Below, piece after piece: positions 19,081 through 28,113 of a stretch of 60,836 bases of DNA. The notes under the pieces were generated by a model. The model did not search any database, was not told the origin of the DNA, and saw nothing but the letters and a program-made list of their open reading frames with translations. Source of the DNA: Staphylothermus sp. (GTDB lineage: Archaea; Thermoproteota; Thermoprotei_A; Sulfolobales; Desulfurococcaceae); contig JAGGVR010000147.1 in NCBI GenBank assembly GCA_021157925.1, positions 1-60,836 on the forward strand, written 5' to 3'. The translations under genes were made by a program, and so were the position numbers. Position 1 is the first letter of the stretch; the number at the start of each line of letters is the position of its first letter.

Positions 19081-21303
19081 TTACTTGCTGAAAATCTGTT
19101 GGGCTTCATCAACAGAGCTCACCAATTGGTAATCTAAGACACTGAACTTTGTTCCACCGTAGAATAATGGTCCTACATAGTTATCTGGATCTAGATAGTC
19201 AGGTGCCCACCCAATAATGTATACGTCGAAGTCTCCCTTCTCAGTCTTCGTTAGCAATGTACCCCACTGTAGTGCTCTAACTGTCACCTGGAATCCTAAT
19301 TGTCCCCAGTAGGTCTGGAGAAGTGTAGCTATTTTCTCACGCTGTGTGTTACCAGAGTTGTACCATATCTCGAAACTATACTTTGTTGGATCGATGCCTG
19401 ATTTCTGTATTAATTGCATCGCCTTGTTTAAGTCAAACGTGTACTTTGTTACTATGTCGTCATTGTGTCCTGGGAAACTAGCTGGTATTACTCCGTATAG
19501 TCTTTCTAGGTAACCCGCATAAACATCTTGTTTGATCTGGTCAAATGGTACTGCATACATTAACGCTTGTCTTACTAGCTTGTTGTCAAACGGTGATTTA
19601 TTAGCATTTAGTACTATATATACTATGGTTGGTTCTAATCCTCCTTCTTCAACAATGATCTTGAATGATGTGTCTTTAAACTGATATCCTTCAATGTCTT
19701 TGAGTCTATCTACTGGTATTGCACCTATATCTGCTTGACCACTCTTTAGGATCTCTATTCTAGAGACTGCGTCGTCGTTAATTAAATAGATTGCTCTTTC
19801 ATGAATTGGTTTACCGTTTTCACCATATGGCTTAGTGTTCCACAGCGTCTTGTTCCAGTAATATGGGTTGTATTCTAGTACCATGTAACTATTCTCCTCG
19901 TACTCCTTAATGTAATATGGTCCTGTACCCACCGGGTACTGATGTAGGAATAGATGTGTTGGTTCTTGTTCTCCTACACCAATATATTTTGCCCATGCTG
20001 CTGGGTTCTTACCGTTCTGGCTATCAGCTAGTGCTTGTTCATACTTGCCTTTTAGCTCGTCAACGTTGTCAAATAAGTACTTCATTGGAATAACTGATAC
20101 GAATGGATCTGCTAATATGCTTAAAATAGCACCATACGGGTAGTATAGTTTTAGCTTTACAACTCCAGCTGTATCACCACTATAACCGAATAATGATAAT
20201 AAGTCTTGTAGTGATTTAGGCTCCTCAGTTTTGCCCTTATATTCAGCTACTAGTCCACCGCTTTGTAGTAGCTGGTTGAATTCATCCTCTGTTAATACAC
20301 TGCTTGCATTAACATCAAAGAACTCCGTTATCATCCAGCTTGGATCCAATTGTAGTCTAGCAATTCTCCAGATCGAGAATAATACATCTACAGCTGATAC
20401 ATCATATACTTTATCGTGCCATCCATCATAGGCTTTGACTCCTCCTCTAACCACGAAGTACCATTCAGTACCTTCTTTGTTGTGTACCCATGCGACAGCT
20501 AGTCTTGGAACTATAGTCTTCGTGTCCTCTTTCCAGTAGGTTACCAGCGAGTCGCCGATATTTTGCCAAATTTCCCATCCAAATGTCTCATAGTCTGCTG
20601 CTGGGTCAAATGTATCTGGCCATCCAAACGTGATTATTGAGTATGTGTGTGGATCGTTTACGTAGTCTTTAATACCGATCTTTACTGTGGGCGCATTAGA
20701 GTCCTCCCATAGGAGATCGTATCTCTCGGCTAATGTTGGGTGATAGTATCTGCCGTGTAGCCAGCTCCAATAGTTTCTTACAAGTACGTATTGTCCCAGC
20801 CATAGAGTTGGTACTTCTTCGTTACTGAGCTTATAGACTGCTTCATATATCTGGTATCTTATGAATGGGTCGGTGGCTTTTCTAGCGGCCATGATCAATG
20901 CATCCACGTTATAATCTCTGAAGAAAGCTGGATCAATGTCTACGAAACCGGTTGAGTTCTCAATTGGTTTAGTCTTCTTCTCATCTACAACATATGCCAC
21001 TACTATTATCTTTTTATTCCCTGAAATAGGTGGAACTATTGATCCCTTAGGACCTACGACTACATAGGCTTGGCTTGTCTCAATCACTAATGCTTTGGGG
21101 CCTGAAGGTGTTGTAGTAGTTCCAGTGGGTGATTTAGTTGTAGTAGTGGTTGTAGTAGTGGTCTGAGTAGTTGTAGTGGTTGTGGTTTGTTGAGGTGCTC
21201 CAGGCTGAAAGGCAAAGTATGCAGCTGCAATAGCTACAATAACTACGACGAGTATGATTATAGCTGTGGTTTTACTTAATGCTTTATAATATTTATATGT
21301 CAT
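19081..21303 (-). CDS. ABC transporter substrate-binding protein, family 5 (Opp/Dpp type), with an N-terminal TM anchor and a Thr-rich linker
   Basis: MTYKYYKALSKTTAIIILVVVIVAIAAAYF, then a poly-Thr stretch, then an SBP_bac_5-like core (..DTFDPAADYE..LVTY..IVPRLAVAW..WYFVVRGGVKAYDG..). I prefer the start at 21303 over the ORF-track start at 21402. Confidence 0.85.
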   Translation of the reverse strand: MTYKYYKALSKTTAIIILVVVIVAIAAAYFAFQPGAPQQTTTTTTTQTTTTTTTTTKSPTGTTTTPSGPKALVIETSQAYVVVGPKGSIVPPISGNKKIIVVAYVVDEKKTKPIENSTGFVDIDPAFFRDYNVDALIMAARKATDPFIRYQIYEAVYKLSNEEVPTLWLGQYVLVRNYWSWLHGRYYHPTLAERYDLLWEDSNAPTVKIGIKDYVNDPHTYSIITFGWPDTFDPAADYETFGWEIWQNIGDSLVTYWKEDTKTIVPRLAVAWVHNKEGTEWYFVVRGGVKAYDGWHDKVYDVSAVDVLFSIWRIARLQLDPSWMITEFFDVNASSVLTEDEFNQLLQSGGLVAEYKGKTEEPKSLQDLLSLFGYSGDTAGVVKLKLYYPYGAILSILADPFVSVIPMKYLFDNVDELKGKYEQALADSQNGKNPAAWAKYIGVGEQEPTHLFLHQYPVGTGPYYIKEYEENSYMVLEYNPYYWNKTLWNTKPYGENGKPIHERAIYLINDDAVSRIEILKSGQADIGAIPVDRLKDIEGYQFKDTSFKIIVEEGGLEPTIVYIVLNANKSPFDNKLVRQALMYAVPFDQIKQDVYAGYLERLYGVIPASFPGHNDDIVTKYTFDLNKAMQLIQKSGIDPTKYSFEIWYNSGNTQREKIATLLQTYWGQLGFQVTVRALQWGTLLTKTEKGDFDVYIIGWAPDYLDPDNYVGPLFYGGTKFSVLDYQLVSSVDEAQQIFSK
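21100..21198 (-). repeat. Imperfect tandem ACN-codon tract encoding the poly-Thr linker of the binding protein
   Basis: The plus strand reads ..gttgtagtagtggttgtagtagtggtctgagtagttgtagtggttgtgg.., which encodes TTTTTTTQTTTTTTTTTKSPTGTTTT. Confidence 0.6.
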
Positions 21304-21400
21304 ACAATCCCACCTATGTGTGCTGTGCACATTAGTATAAGCTACAGGGGTAAGTATATAAGTCTTTTCCCCATATGAAGGAAAACTAGGTGTAATATAC

Positions 21401-21955
21401 ATGTTTTATAAAATAAGTATACCGTACAATGTCTACACAAGCAAAGAAAGAAGCTTTGGTTTAGATGCTTATTTCTGGTTATTTCTCGATAAAAAATATA
21501 GAAAATCATTATTGATAAAACCGCTTAATTCTCTTAAAAACTCTCCCGACCCAGGATCAATTATTCTTAGTCCTAAAATAGATCATTCAAAACAACTTAA
21601 TGAACTAGAGGAACTAAGCCAATATATCTCATCTGAAAAGATAAGGTATACAAGCAGACTTAATAGATGGAAGCTAGCAAGATTTTTCCTAGTACCTCTT
21701 CCTTCAGGACTTGTCGACTCTAAAGAATTAACAGAACTTGTATCAGCAGAAAATATTGTTAGAAAAATCCTGTCGATGAGAACAATTTCAGATGGGATAA
21801 AATGGTGCATATTATCAATAAAAGAGACTGAGAAAGGAATAGAGATAAATGTAAACGGCAAATATGATAAGATATACAATTGGTTATACAAGAATGATTA
21901 TGGTTTTAAAAATGAGCTTATAAAGATCATTACTAAGAATAGACAACTAAGATAA
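21401..21955 (+). CDS. Hypothetical protein (184 aa), no recognisable motif
   Basis: Only a long ORF with an ATG start, in the gap between two minus-strand genes. I recognise no family. Confidence 0.4.
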   Translation: MFYKISIPYNVYTSKERSFGLDAYFWLFLDKKYRKSLLIKPLNSLKNSPDPGSIILSPKIDHSKQLNELEELSQYISSEKIRYTSRLNRWKLARFFLVPLPSGLVDSKELTELVSAENIVRKILSMRTISDGIKWCILSIKETEKGIEINVNGKYDKIYNWLYKNDYGFKNELIKIITKNRQLR

Positions 21956-21964
21956 TAATGAGCC

Positions 21965-22810
21965 TTATACAATGAACTTATCTAATAGTATGTGCTTATT
22001 ACTAGGCTCATAAAACCCTATAATGCATTTAACACTCTCAGAACTACACATTTCTAAAATCTTGTCATAGAATTTCTTCCAATCATATCTCCTAGCTATA
22101 TATACATATTTTCTCAATGGATGATTCCTATCATACATGAAGCTCTTTATATGCAGATTATCAACAAGTACTCGGCTCCCAGTTTTCTTGGCAATCCATA
22201 AAATACTCTTGATTGTTTCTTCATTATCGTTTAATTTGGGGATGATTGGACCATAGAAGATCCAAGTATCTATTCCGAGGCTGGATATCTTTTCTAATGC
22301 AAAAGCTCTCATGGTAGGAGGAGAGGAGTATGGTTCGATTAAGCGAGCGATCTCATTGTTCATAGTAGTTATTGTGAAACCAATGTCTATTTTATCAGCG
22401 TATTTCTCAAATACATCGATGTCTCTAAGGATTAGGGTATTCTTTGTCTGTATACTTGTATGAAAACCTTTCTCTAATAATAAGATGAGGGATCTCCGGG
22501 TTAGCTTATATAGCGCCTCAACAGGTTGGTAAGGATCTGTTATTGTTCCTATGCCGACAACTCCTTTCTTAACCTTGTATATCTCTTTTTTAAGAACATC
22601 TATGAGATTAGTTTTTACAGCAACTATTCTGCCCCAGTTTTCCCTTATTTCTTTAATATACGTGTAATTTCTCGCATAACAGTAGATGCATCCATGTAGA
22701 CAGCCGAGATAAGGATTAAGGGCGTAGTCTATATCTGGTAATCCGCTTCTGGTCAAAGCTTTCTTTACGGTAATTTCTATTATTCTTGGCTTCCTTAACT
22801 GGTTATTCAA
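21965..22810 (-). CDS. Radical SAM protein, SplB/COG1533-like ('DNA repair photolyase'-type)
   Basis: LNPYLGCLHGCIYCYAR (a CxxxCxxC cluster motif in the COG1533-typical context). Confidence 0.8.
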   Translation of the reverse strand: MNNQLRKPRIIEITVKKALTRSGLPDIDYALNPYLGCLHGCIYCYARNYTYIKEIRENWGRIVAVKTNLIDVLKKEIYKVKKGVVGIGTITDPYQPVEALYKLTRRSLILLLEKGFHTSIQTKNTLILRDIDVFEKYADKIDIGFTITTMNNEIARLIEPYSSPPTMRAFALEKISSLGIDTWIFYGPIIPKLNDNEETIKSILWIAKKTGSRVLVDNLHIKSFMYDRNHPLRKYVYIARRYDWKKFYDKILEMCSSESVKCIIGFYEPSNKHILLDKFIV

Positions 22811-22816
22811 CTACGA

Positions 22817-24082
22817 TTACCCTTTCTCAATATATTTATCAATTGTACTATGGAACAGTATTCTTTGGAGAAGCCTTGATGCATTAAGCCATTTCTTGGC
22901 TCCAAGCCTTGTGTGTTTGTTTATGAATTCGAGCACCTCTCTCATATCATTTGTTTTTAAAACAGGTCCCTGTCTCAGCATTGCACGAATATTTTCTCGT
23001 ACAAACCATACACCTATCGGTAAGTTGAATCCTGGATATATTTCCCTTAATACGATAGCAATAGCTTGTCTTTTTCTTCCCTCGAGATGCTCAGCTACAG
23101 CAAGACGTGTAGCGAAATAGCATCCACCTATTTCGGGATAGGTTTTTCTTCCCTTATATCCCTCATAATCTCCTTCGATTATTATCTCTGTATCTCCAGG
23201 GTTCCAAGTAGAGCCAGGCCACCAAGCCTCCATCCATTCAAAGCTCCATTTCCCAGGATATAGTATTGCTATGAATAAGTTGTCATAGTATTTCCTCATA
23301 TAAACCTCTATACTATTGATTACATTGTATTGTTTTATCTTGTTAATCAAGTATTTCGATACAGTATCATCAACAGCCGTTATACTCCAACGAGTTGGGA
23401 CAAGTCTTCGATCCATATATGTTCCCAGAGCCCCTACGCTAAGCACTTTCTGAATAACACTAACGGGTATCCCTGCTTTATACAAGACTATTATTGCTTC
23501 ACTCGCTTTCAAGTAGAGGTCATTATATACTCTGTCAAGTACTCTAGGAATAGATGGGTTACTAGCAATTCTGAAGTCTTTGAGAGGAGCTCTAGGACCT
23601 TGTGGAGGCTCATACTCACTAAACAGTATTATTGGTCTAGGAGGCTTCTCCAAATATATCTCGACATCAACGGGCTTCAGAGACAAAACTATTTCATGGA
23701 CCTTCTCAAGGAAAGGATCATTTCTTTTTCTAACGGGATATTTTCTAGAACCAGTTACTAGTGACCATCTATAATCAAGTATTTGCTCAATCCTTAAACC
23801 AAGCCACTTCTCCGGAAGATCATATATCTTAGTATCCCCGGTCTCCGGTGGAACAGATGGACCTATATTCACGTATGGATACCCATATCTACCAACAAAT
23901 ACTGCTGGTGGACTAGTACCAAACACCTCTTGCGAACCATGAATTCGTCTTAGCTTATAAGTGGCAGTCTTCTTTGCTAATAAGGGACAATAGCTTAAAC
24001 CACACAAACCCTTACCTCTACAAATAGCGCAAAGCCTAGGATCGATTCTTGTTCTTCTATAGTTTTCCAATGCAAAACCCAC
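22817..24082 (-). CDS. Nre-family (COG1602-like) putative DNA repair protein
   Basis: N-terminal Cys cluster LCAICRGKGLCGLSYCPLL, about 420 aa, and a C-terminal PIP-like HSTIDKYI. Family assignment is from memory of Nre features. Confidence 0.55.
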   Translation of the reverse strand: MGFALENYRRTRIDPRLCAICRGKGLCGLSYCPLLAKKTATYKLRRIHGSQEVFGTSPPAVFVGRYGYPYVNIGPSVPPETGDTKIYDLPEKWLGLRIEQILDYRWSLVTGSRKYPVRKRNDPFLEKVHEIVLSLKPVDVEIYLEKPPRPIILFSEYEPPQGPRAPLKDFRIASNPSIPRVLDRVYNDLYLKASEAIIVLYKAGIPVSVIQKVLSVGALGTYMDRRLVPTRWSITAVDDTVSKYLINKIKQYNVINSIEVYMRKYYDNLFIAILYPGKWSFEWMEAWWPGSTWNPGDTEIIIEGDYEGYKGRKTYPEIGGCYFATRLAVAEHLEGRKRQAIAIVLREIYPGFNLPIGVWFVRENIRAMLRQGPVLKTNDMREVLEFINKHTRLGAKKWLNASRLLQRILFHSTIDKYIEKG

Positions 24083-24160
24083 TAAAAATAATTCATTTAT
24101 TCAAGCCTCCTCTAACTCCATAATAAGTATACATATTTTATAAATTGTTTAGTTCTTGGA

Positions 24161-25468
24161 TTATTTCCTTATAACATTCACTTTGTATACTCCATCATCA
24201 ATATCAATGATTATATTGAGCCTCGATTCTGCTTCATCATAGTTTTTATCTTTGTAGCTTCCCGAGGTTATTCCTTCAACGATCATAGTTCCAATACCAC
24301 TTTCCTGTATAGCATTGATAGCTGTTTCCTTAGGTATTCTTACTTCTAGGCTAACATTGCTAGAATCACCCTTAACGATAATATTAGAGTCCCCAATGAA
24401 CCCGTCATAGTCTAACACAATTTTGGCGTTTGAAGAATCAAGTTCTATTTTAGCTTCGGATTTCTTTAACTTGTTTACAGTCAATGATATGTTAGAGGAA
24501 TCTGATCTAAGATATAGTTTCTCTCTTACACTTAGATCTCCGCCTATACTAGAAGATTCTATATCCATAAACACATCTTCAAATATCTTATTATATGGTA
24601 TGGATAAATCTCCCTCAGCCTCTTCAGATTTAACATACACAATTCCATTCTCAGTAGATACTTTTGTATAAGAATCTGGAGTAGTTTTTCCCTTGAATAA
24701 GAGTTTATCGATTTGCTCTTTTTCTATCTTTAAACTTGACGATTCAGCAAGTATTTTTAAGGAACTGGCTTTTTCAATATCTGTAACCATATTGAATTTA
24801 ATCGTTCTACCACCGCTTTTTATCTTGATTGATTCTTCTATTCCTTTCATTACTCCCTTTATAATGCTTGATGTTAATCCAGCTATCATACTTCCTAGAA
24901 ATCCACTATTTTTACCTACAAATCCTATATCTCCAGATTTTATCTCTATGAGTGGCTTTAGGTGATCTGGTGCTTGTATGTAGAACACATCATTTATTCC
25001 TTCAAGAACACATTCAAGGAGTTCTTCAGGCATATCTTCAATGGTTAATGTCAATATGTCTGTAAAGTATAATTTCTTGTCCTCCTTGCAGAGTTTTTCT
25101 GCCAGATGCTTAGTCAGTGTAAACGATAGTTTATCAGAGATCGTTATTATTTCTGGTTTAGCCTCTTTCCTCTCAATACGTTTTTCTCCTTCATGGGGTT
25201 GTTCTTCACCTGTAAGTATTGTTAGTGCTTTATAGGCCTTGACTCCTTCCTCCGTTAATCTATATTCACCTGTATCCGGGTCTTTTTCTACCAGACCCTG
25301 CAACATCTTTAAATGAAAAGCAAAGGTACCGCTATCTTCTACTCCTGTTATCTTCATTAGCTCAGAGTAGCTTAAGTGCTTGTGCTGATATAGGGCTCTT
25401 ATAATGTCTCTCCTCACTCTATGAGCTAGTGCTTTAAGATACTTCTCTATACCGTCTGGGCTCTTCAT
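24161..25468 (-). CDS. ArsR-type winged-HTH regulator fused to a large C-terminal repeat (beta-rich) domain
   Basis: N-terminal ALAHRVRRDIIRALYQHKHLSYSELMKITG..FAFHLKMLQGLVEKD. C-terminal repeats of DSSN(I/A/V)(S/K)(L/I).. (DSSNISLTV, DSSNAKIVL, DSSNVSLEV). Confidence 0.7.
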   Translation of the reverse strand: MKSPDGIEKYLKALAHRVRRDIIRALYQHKHLSYSELMKITGVEDSGTFAFHLKMLQGLVEKDPDTGEYRLTEEGVKAYKALTILTGEEQPHEGEKRIERKEAKPEIITISDKLSFTLTKHLAEKLCKEDKKLYFTDILTLTIEDMPEELLECVLEGINDVFYIQAPDHLKPLIEIKSGDIGFVGKNSGFLGSMIAGLTSSIIKGVMKGIEESIKIKSGGRTIKFNMVTDIEKASSLKILAESSSLKIEKEQIDKLLFKGKTTPDSYTKVSTENGIVYVKSEEAEGDLSIPYNKIFEDVFMDIESSSIGGDLSVREKLYLRSDSSNISLTVNKLKKSEAKIELDSSNAKIVLDYDGFIGDSNIIVKGDSSNVSLEVRIPKETAINAIQESGIGTMIVEGITSGSYKDKNYDEAESRLNIIIDIDDGVYKVNVIRK

Positions 25469-25536
25469 ACAACTCGCCTCCTACACCATTTTATTCATTA
25501 TGTCTTCTCTACAAGGATAATGTTTTTGTATAGAAC

Positions 25537-25561
25537 AATTCACTTCCATATGTTGTGAATT
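25537..25561. promoter_or_regulatory. 7-bp inverted repeat AATTCAC-N11-GTGAATT upstream of the wHTH gene (candidate operator)
   Basis: Read directly: aattcac at 25537-25543 and gtgaatt at 25555-25561, about 70-90 nt upstream of the start at 25468. Confidence 0.25.
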
Positions 25562-25615
25562 CTCGACAAGACAAGATTAGGAGTAAGAAATGAAGGAAAT
25601 AAAAGAATAATCATA

Positions 25616-25861
25616 TCATTTCATTTTAATGAGTCGAATTGCTGATACAGGGCAGGAATCAGCACCAGCTTTTGCACATTCATATAGTTCTTCTGGTATT
25701 TCTCCTATTGCTTTGTGTTCATCTAATTTTATCAAGTACTTATCAATGATTCTATTCTTCCCGTCATTAGGATCTAGCATATATATTTCTGGGCAAATTG
25801 CTGGCGCTACTCCGCATCCTATACATGCGTCTCGATCGATTTCTATACGGTACTTACCCAT
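25616..25861 (-). CDS. Small single-cluster [4Fe-4S]/[3Fe-4S] ferredoxin
   Basis: CIGCGVAPAICP ... CAKAGADSCPVSAI, 81 aa. Confidence 0.85.
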   Translation of the reverse strand: MGKYRIEIDRDACIGCGVAPAICPEIYMLDPNDGKNRIIDKYLIKLDEHKAIGEIPEELYECAKAGADSCPVSAIRLIKMK

Positions 25862-26002
25862 TTTTGTATCACCTTATGTGTAATTATGATCGTTCATGGA
25901 TTATAATATAAGTGGTTATCAATGATACCTGTTTAAAGATATAAGTAAGTGAAGTACTCTTTGAGAATAGAGTAGAGAGTAGAAAGAAAAAAGTAAATAG
26001 TT

Positions 26003-27019
26003 TTATATGCCTAGTTCTTCCAGTAGCTTCTTTCTGTCAACTATTTCTCTCTTCTTCTTGAATAGTCTTGTTGAGAAGTATCTTGCTGCATAGTCTGGTA
26101 GGATTGTTACTATTTTCTTTCCTTTTCCAAATCTGTGGGCTTTTCCAAGCTTTATTGCTGATACTACGTTTGCTCCACTGCTGATGCCTACTGGTAGGGC
26201 TTCTAGTCTAGCTATTTTTCTCGCCATTGTTATTGCTTCGTCACTAGTTGCTGTTACGAAATCATCTAGTAGATGCTTATATCTCTTAATAATCTCTGGT
26301 ACAAAACCGTCTCCTACTCCCTCAATTTCGTGTCTACCCCATGGTCCTTCTTTGCCTGTCTTGAACCAGTAAGTTGCTATTGGGCATTCAGCTGGTTCTG
26401 CGCCAGCTACTATTACGTTCTTACATTCTTCCTTGAGTCTCTTAGCCACACCCATTAATGTGCCTCCAGTACCTACTTGTGCTACAAATGCGTCTGGACA
26501 ACCTATTTGGTCGAGTATTTCCTTACCTGTTGTCTCATAGTGTGCTTGAACGTTTGCTTCATCGCTCCACTGATCGAAGAAATAATATTTGTCAGGGTTT
26601 TCTTCTGCTAACTTCTTAGCGATCTCTAAAGCTTTACCTGCATCGCTTTCGCCACCTGGTGTGAAGTAGAAGTCTGCACCAAACAGCCTCATTAACATGA
26701 ATCTCTCAGCACTCATTTCCTCAGGTATAACGATCAATACTTTGAACCCGAAATAGCTCCCTAGAGCAGCAAAGGCTATTCCAGTGTTCCCAGTTGTCGG
26801 CACGACGATGGTCATTCCTGGTTTAAGCTCGCCTTTCTCCATTGCTCTCTTTATCATATAATAAGCCATACGATCCTTAACGCTACCAGTTGGGTTCATG
26901 AACTCTGCTTTACCCCATATCTCGAACTCTACTCCTTGATCCTTTTCGATTTTCTGTAATCTAATTAATGGTGTGTTACCGATACACTCGATTACATCTT
27001 TGCACACTCTGAGAGTCAT
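26003..27019 (-). CDS. PLP-dependent cysteine synthase / O-phosphoserine sulfhydrylase family enzyme
   Basis: NPTGSVKDR (PLP lysine), PTTGNTGIAFA, GTGGTLMG and SSGANV motifs. Confidence 0.85.
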   Translation of the reverse strand: MTLRVCKDVIECIGNTPLIRLQKIEKDQGVEFEIWGKAEFMNPTGSVKDRMAYYMIKRAMEKGELKPGMTIVVPTTGNTGIAFAALGSYFGFKVLIVIPEEMSAERFMLMRLFGADFYFTPGGESDAGKALEIAKKLAEENPDKYYFFDQWSDEANVQAHYETTGKEILDQIGCPDAFVAQVGTGGTLMGVAKRLKEECKNVIVAGAEPAECPIATYWFKTGKEGPWGRHEIEGVGDGFVPEIIKRYKHLLDDFVTATSDEAITMARKIARLEALPVGISSGANVVSAIKLGKAHRFGKGKKIVTILPDYAARYFSTRLFKKKREIVDRKKLLEELGI

Positions 27020-27229
27020 GGTTTACACCTTCCAGACTATAGGGGTTATTCTGCTTGGATTTATTATGAATCCTAAGTAATATATCTAACCATTCTTAGT
27101 GATGTGGGGTAGTACGGTATTACAATGTATAAATAATATTGATCGATAAGTATACGAATATACAAGGGCGTATCCTATTTATTCCCTTCGTCAAATAATA
27201 ATATATAAGCCTCATGAGGTGAGTGAGCC

Positions 27230-28111
27230 ATAGCGAGATTCGACGTATATAGGCCAAAGAGCCTTGAAGACGCATTAGCCTTTCTCGATAAACATGCTGG
27301 TGAGGCAAAGCCTCTTGCTGGAGGAACAGAATTAATCGTCTTGATAAGGGATAAGAGGATTCCAACACCAAAATATCTAGTTGATCTAAATGCTATTAAG
27401 AAAGAACTAGCATTCATCGAGAAAAAAGAAGATGGAATACATATTGGTGCAACAACAACACTATATGAGATCAGCCAATCATTCCTCCACAAGGACAAGA
27501 GATTCGCTGGCTTCGTCGACGTGTTTAAACTATTCGGAACAATGGCTCTAAGAATGGAGGCAACAATTGCGGGTAACATTGTTTCAGCAACACAGTATAA
27601 TGACTATATAACCTTACTACTAGTATATGATGCAAAACTCAGGATCAAAAGCATTGATGGCGAGAGAATTGTTAAACTCGAAGACTTCCTCATAGATAAG
27701 AGGAAAGTTGATTTAAAGCCCAACGAGCTAATATACGAGGTAATAATACCTGAACCACCAGAGAAGAGTAGCAGTAGCTTCTATAAGTTTGATAGAAGAA
27801 GATTACTAATAGCAGGTGTTGTTACAGGAGCAGCATTCCTCCACCTTGAAGACAATAAGATAGCAGATGTAAGAATAAGCTTTGACATGGTACGTGAAAA
27901 GAGAATCCCGGCTCGTGCTAAGAAAACAGAGGAGTTCCTAAAAGGAAAAGAGTTTAGCGAGGAAATAATAGTGAAGGCTGCTGAAGAAGTATTACCTACA
28001 GAGATGGAGAGAGTAACCGATTGGTGGACAACAGCGGAATACCGTATGGATATGTCAAAGGTTGTTTTGAAGAGAAACCTATTAAGAGCATATGAGAGGA
28101 TCAAGGGGTGA
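27230..28111 (+). CDS. Molybdenum hydroxylase FAD-binding (medium, CoxM/CutB-like) subunit. The N-terminus requires initiation at ATA 27230.
   Basis: The frame is open from 27227 and reads (I)ARFDVYRPKSLEDALAFLDKHAGEAKPLAGGTELIV.., the conserved FAD-domain N-terminus. The first canonical start is TTG 27341, inside the domain. Confidence 0.8.
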   Translation: MARFDVYRPKSLEDALAFLDKHAGEAKPLAGGTELIVLIRDKRIPTPKYLVDLNAIKKELAFIEKKEDGIHIGATTTLYEISQSFLHKDKRFAGFVDVFKLFGTMALRMEATIAGNIVSATQYNDYITLLLVYDAKLRIKSIDGERIVKLEDFLIDKRKVDLKPNELIYEVIIPEPPEKSSSSFYKFDRRRLLIAGVVTGAAFLHLEDNKIADVRISFDMVREKRIPARAKKTEEFLKGKEFSEEIIVKAAEEVLPTEMERVTDWWTTAEYRMDMSKVVLKRNLLRAYERIKG

Positions 28112-28113
28112 TC

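Noticed and set aside
21304-21402. The ORF-track N-terminal extension of the substrate-binding protein (MYITPSFPSYGEKTYILTPVAYTNVHSTHRWDC).
   Set aside because: The Met at 21303 is followed directly by a basic stretch and TM anchor, a normal N-terminus. The extension also overlaps the start of the plus-strand ORF at 21401.
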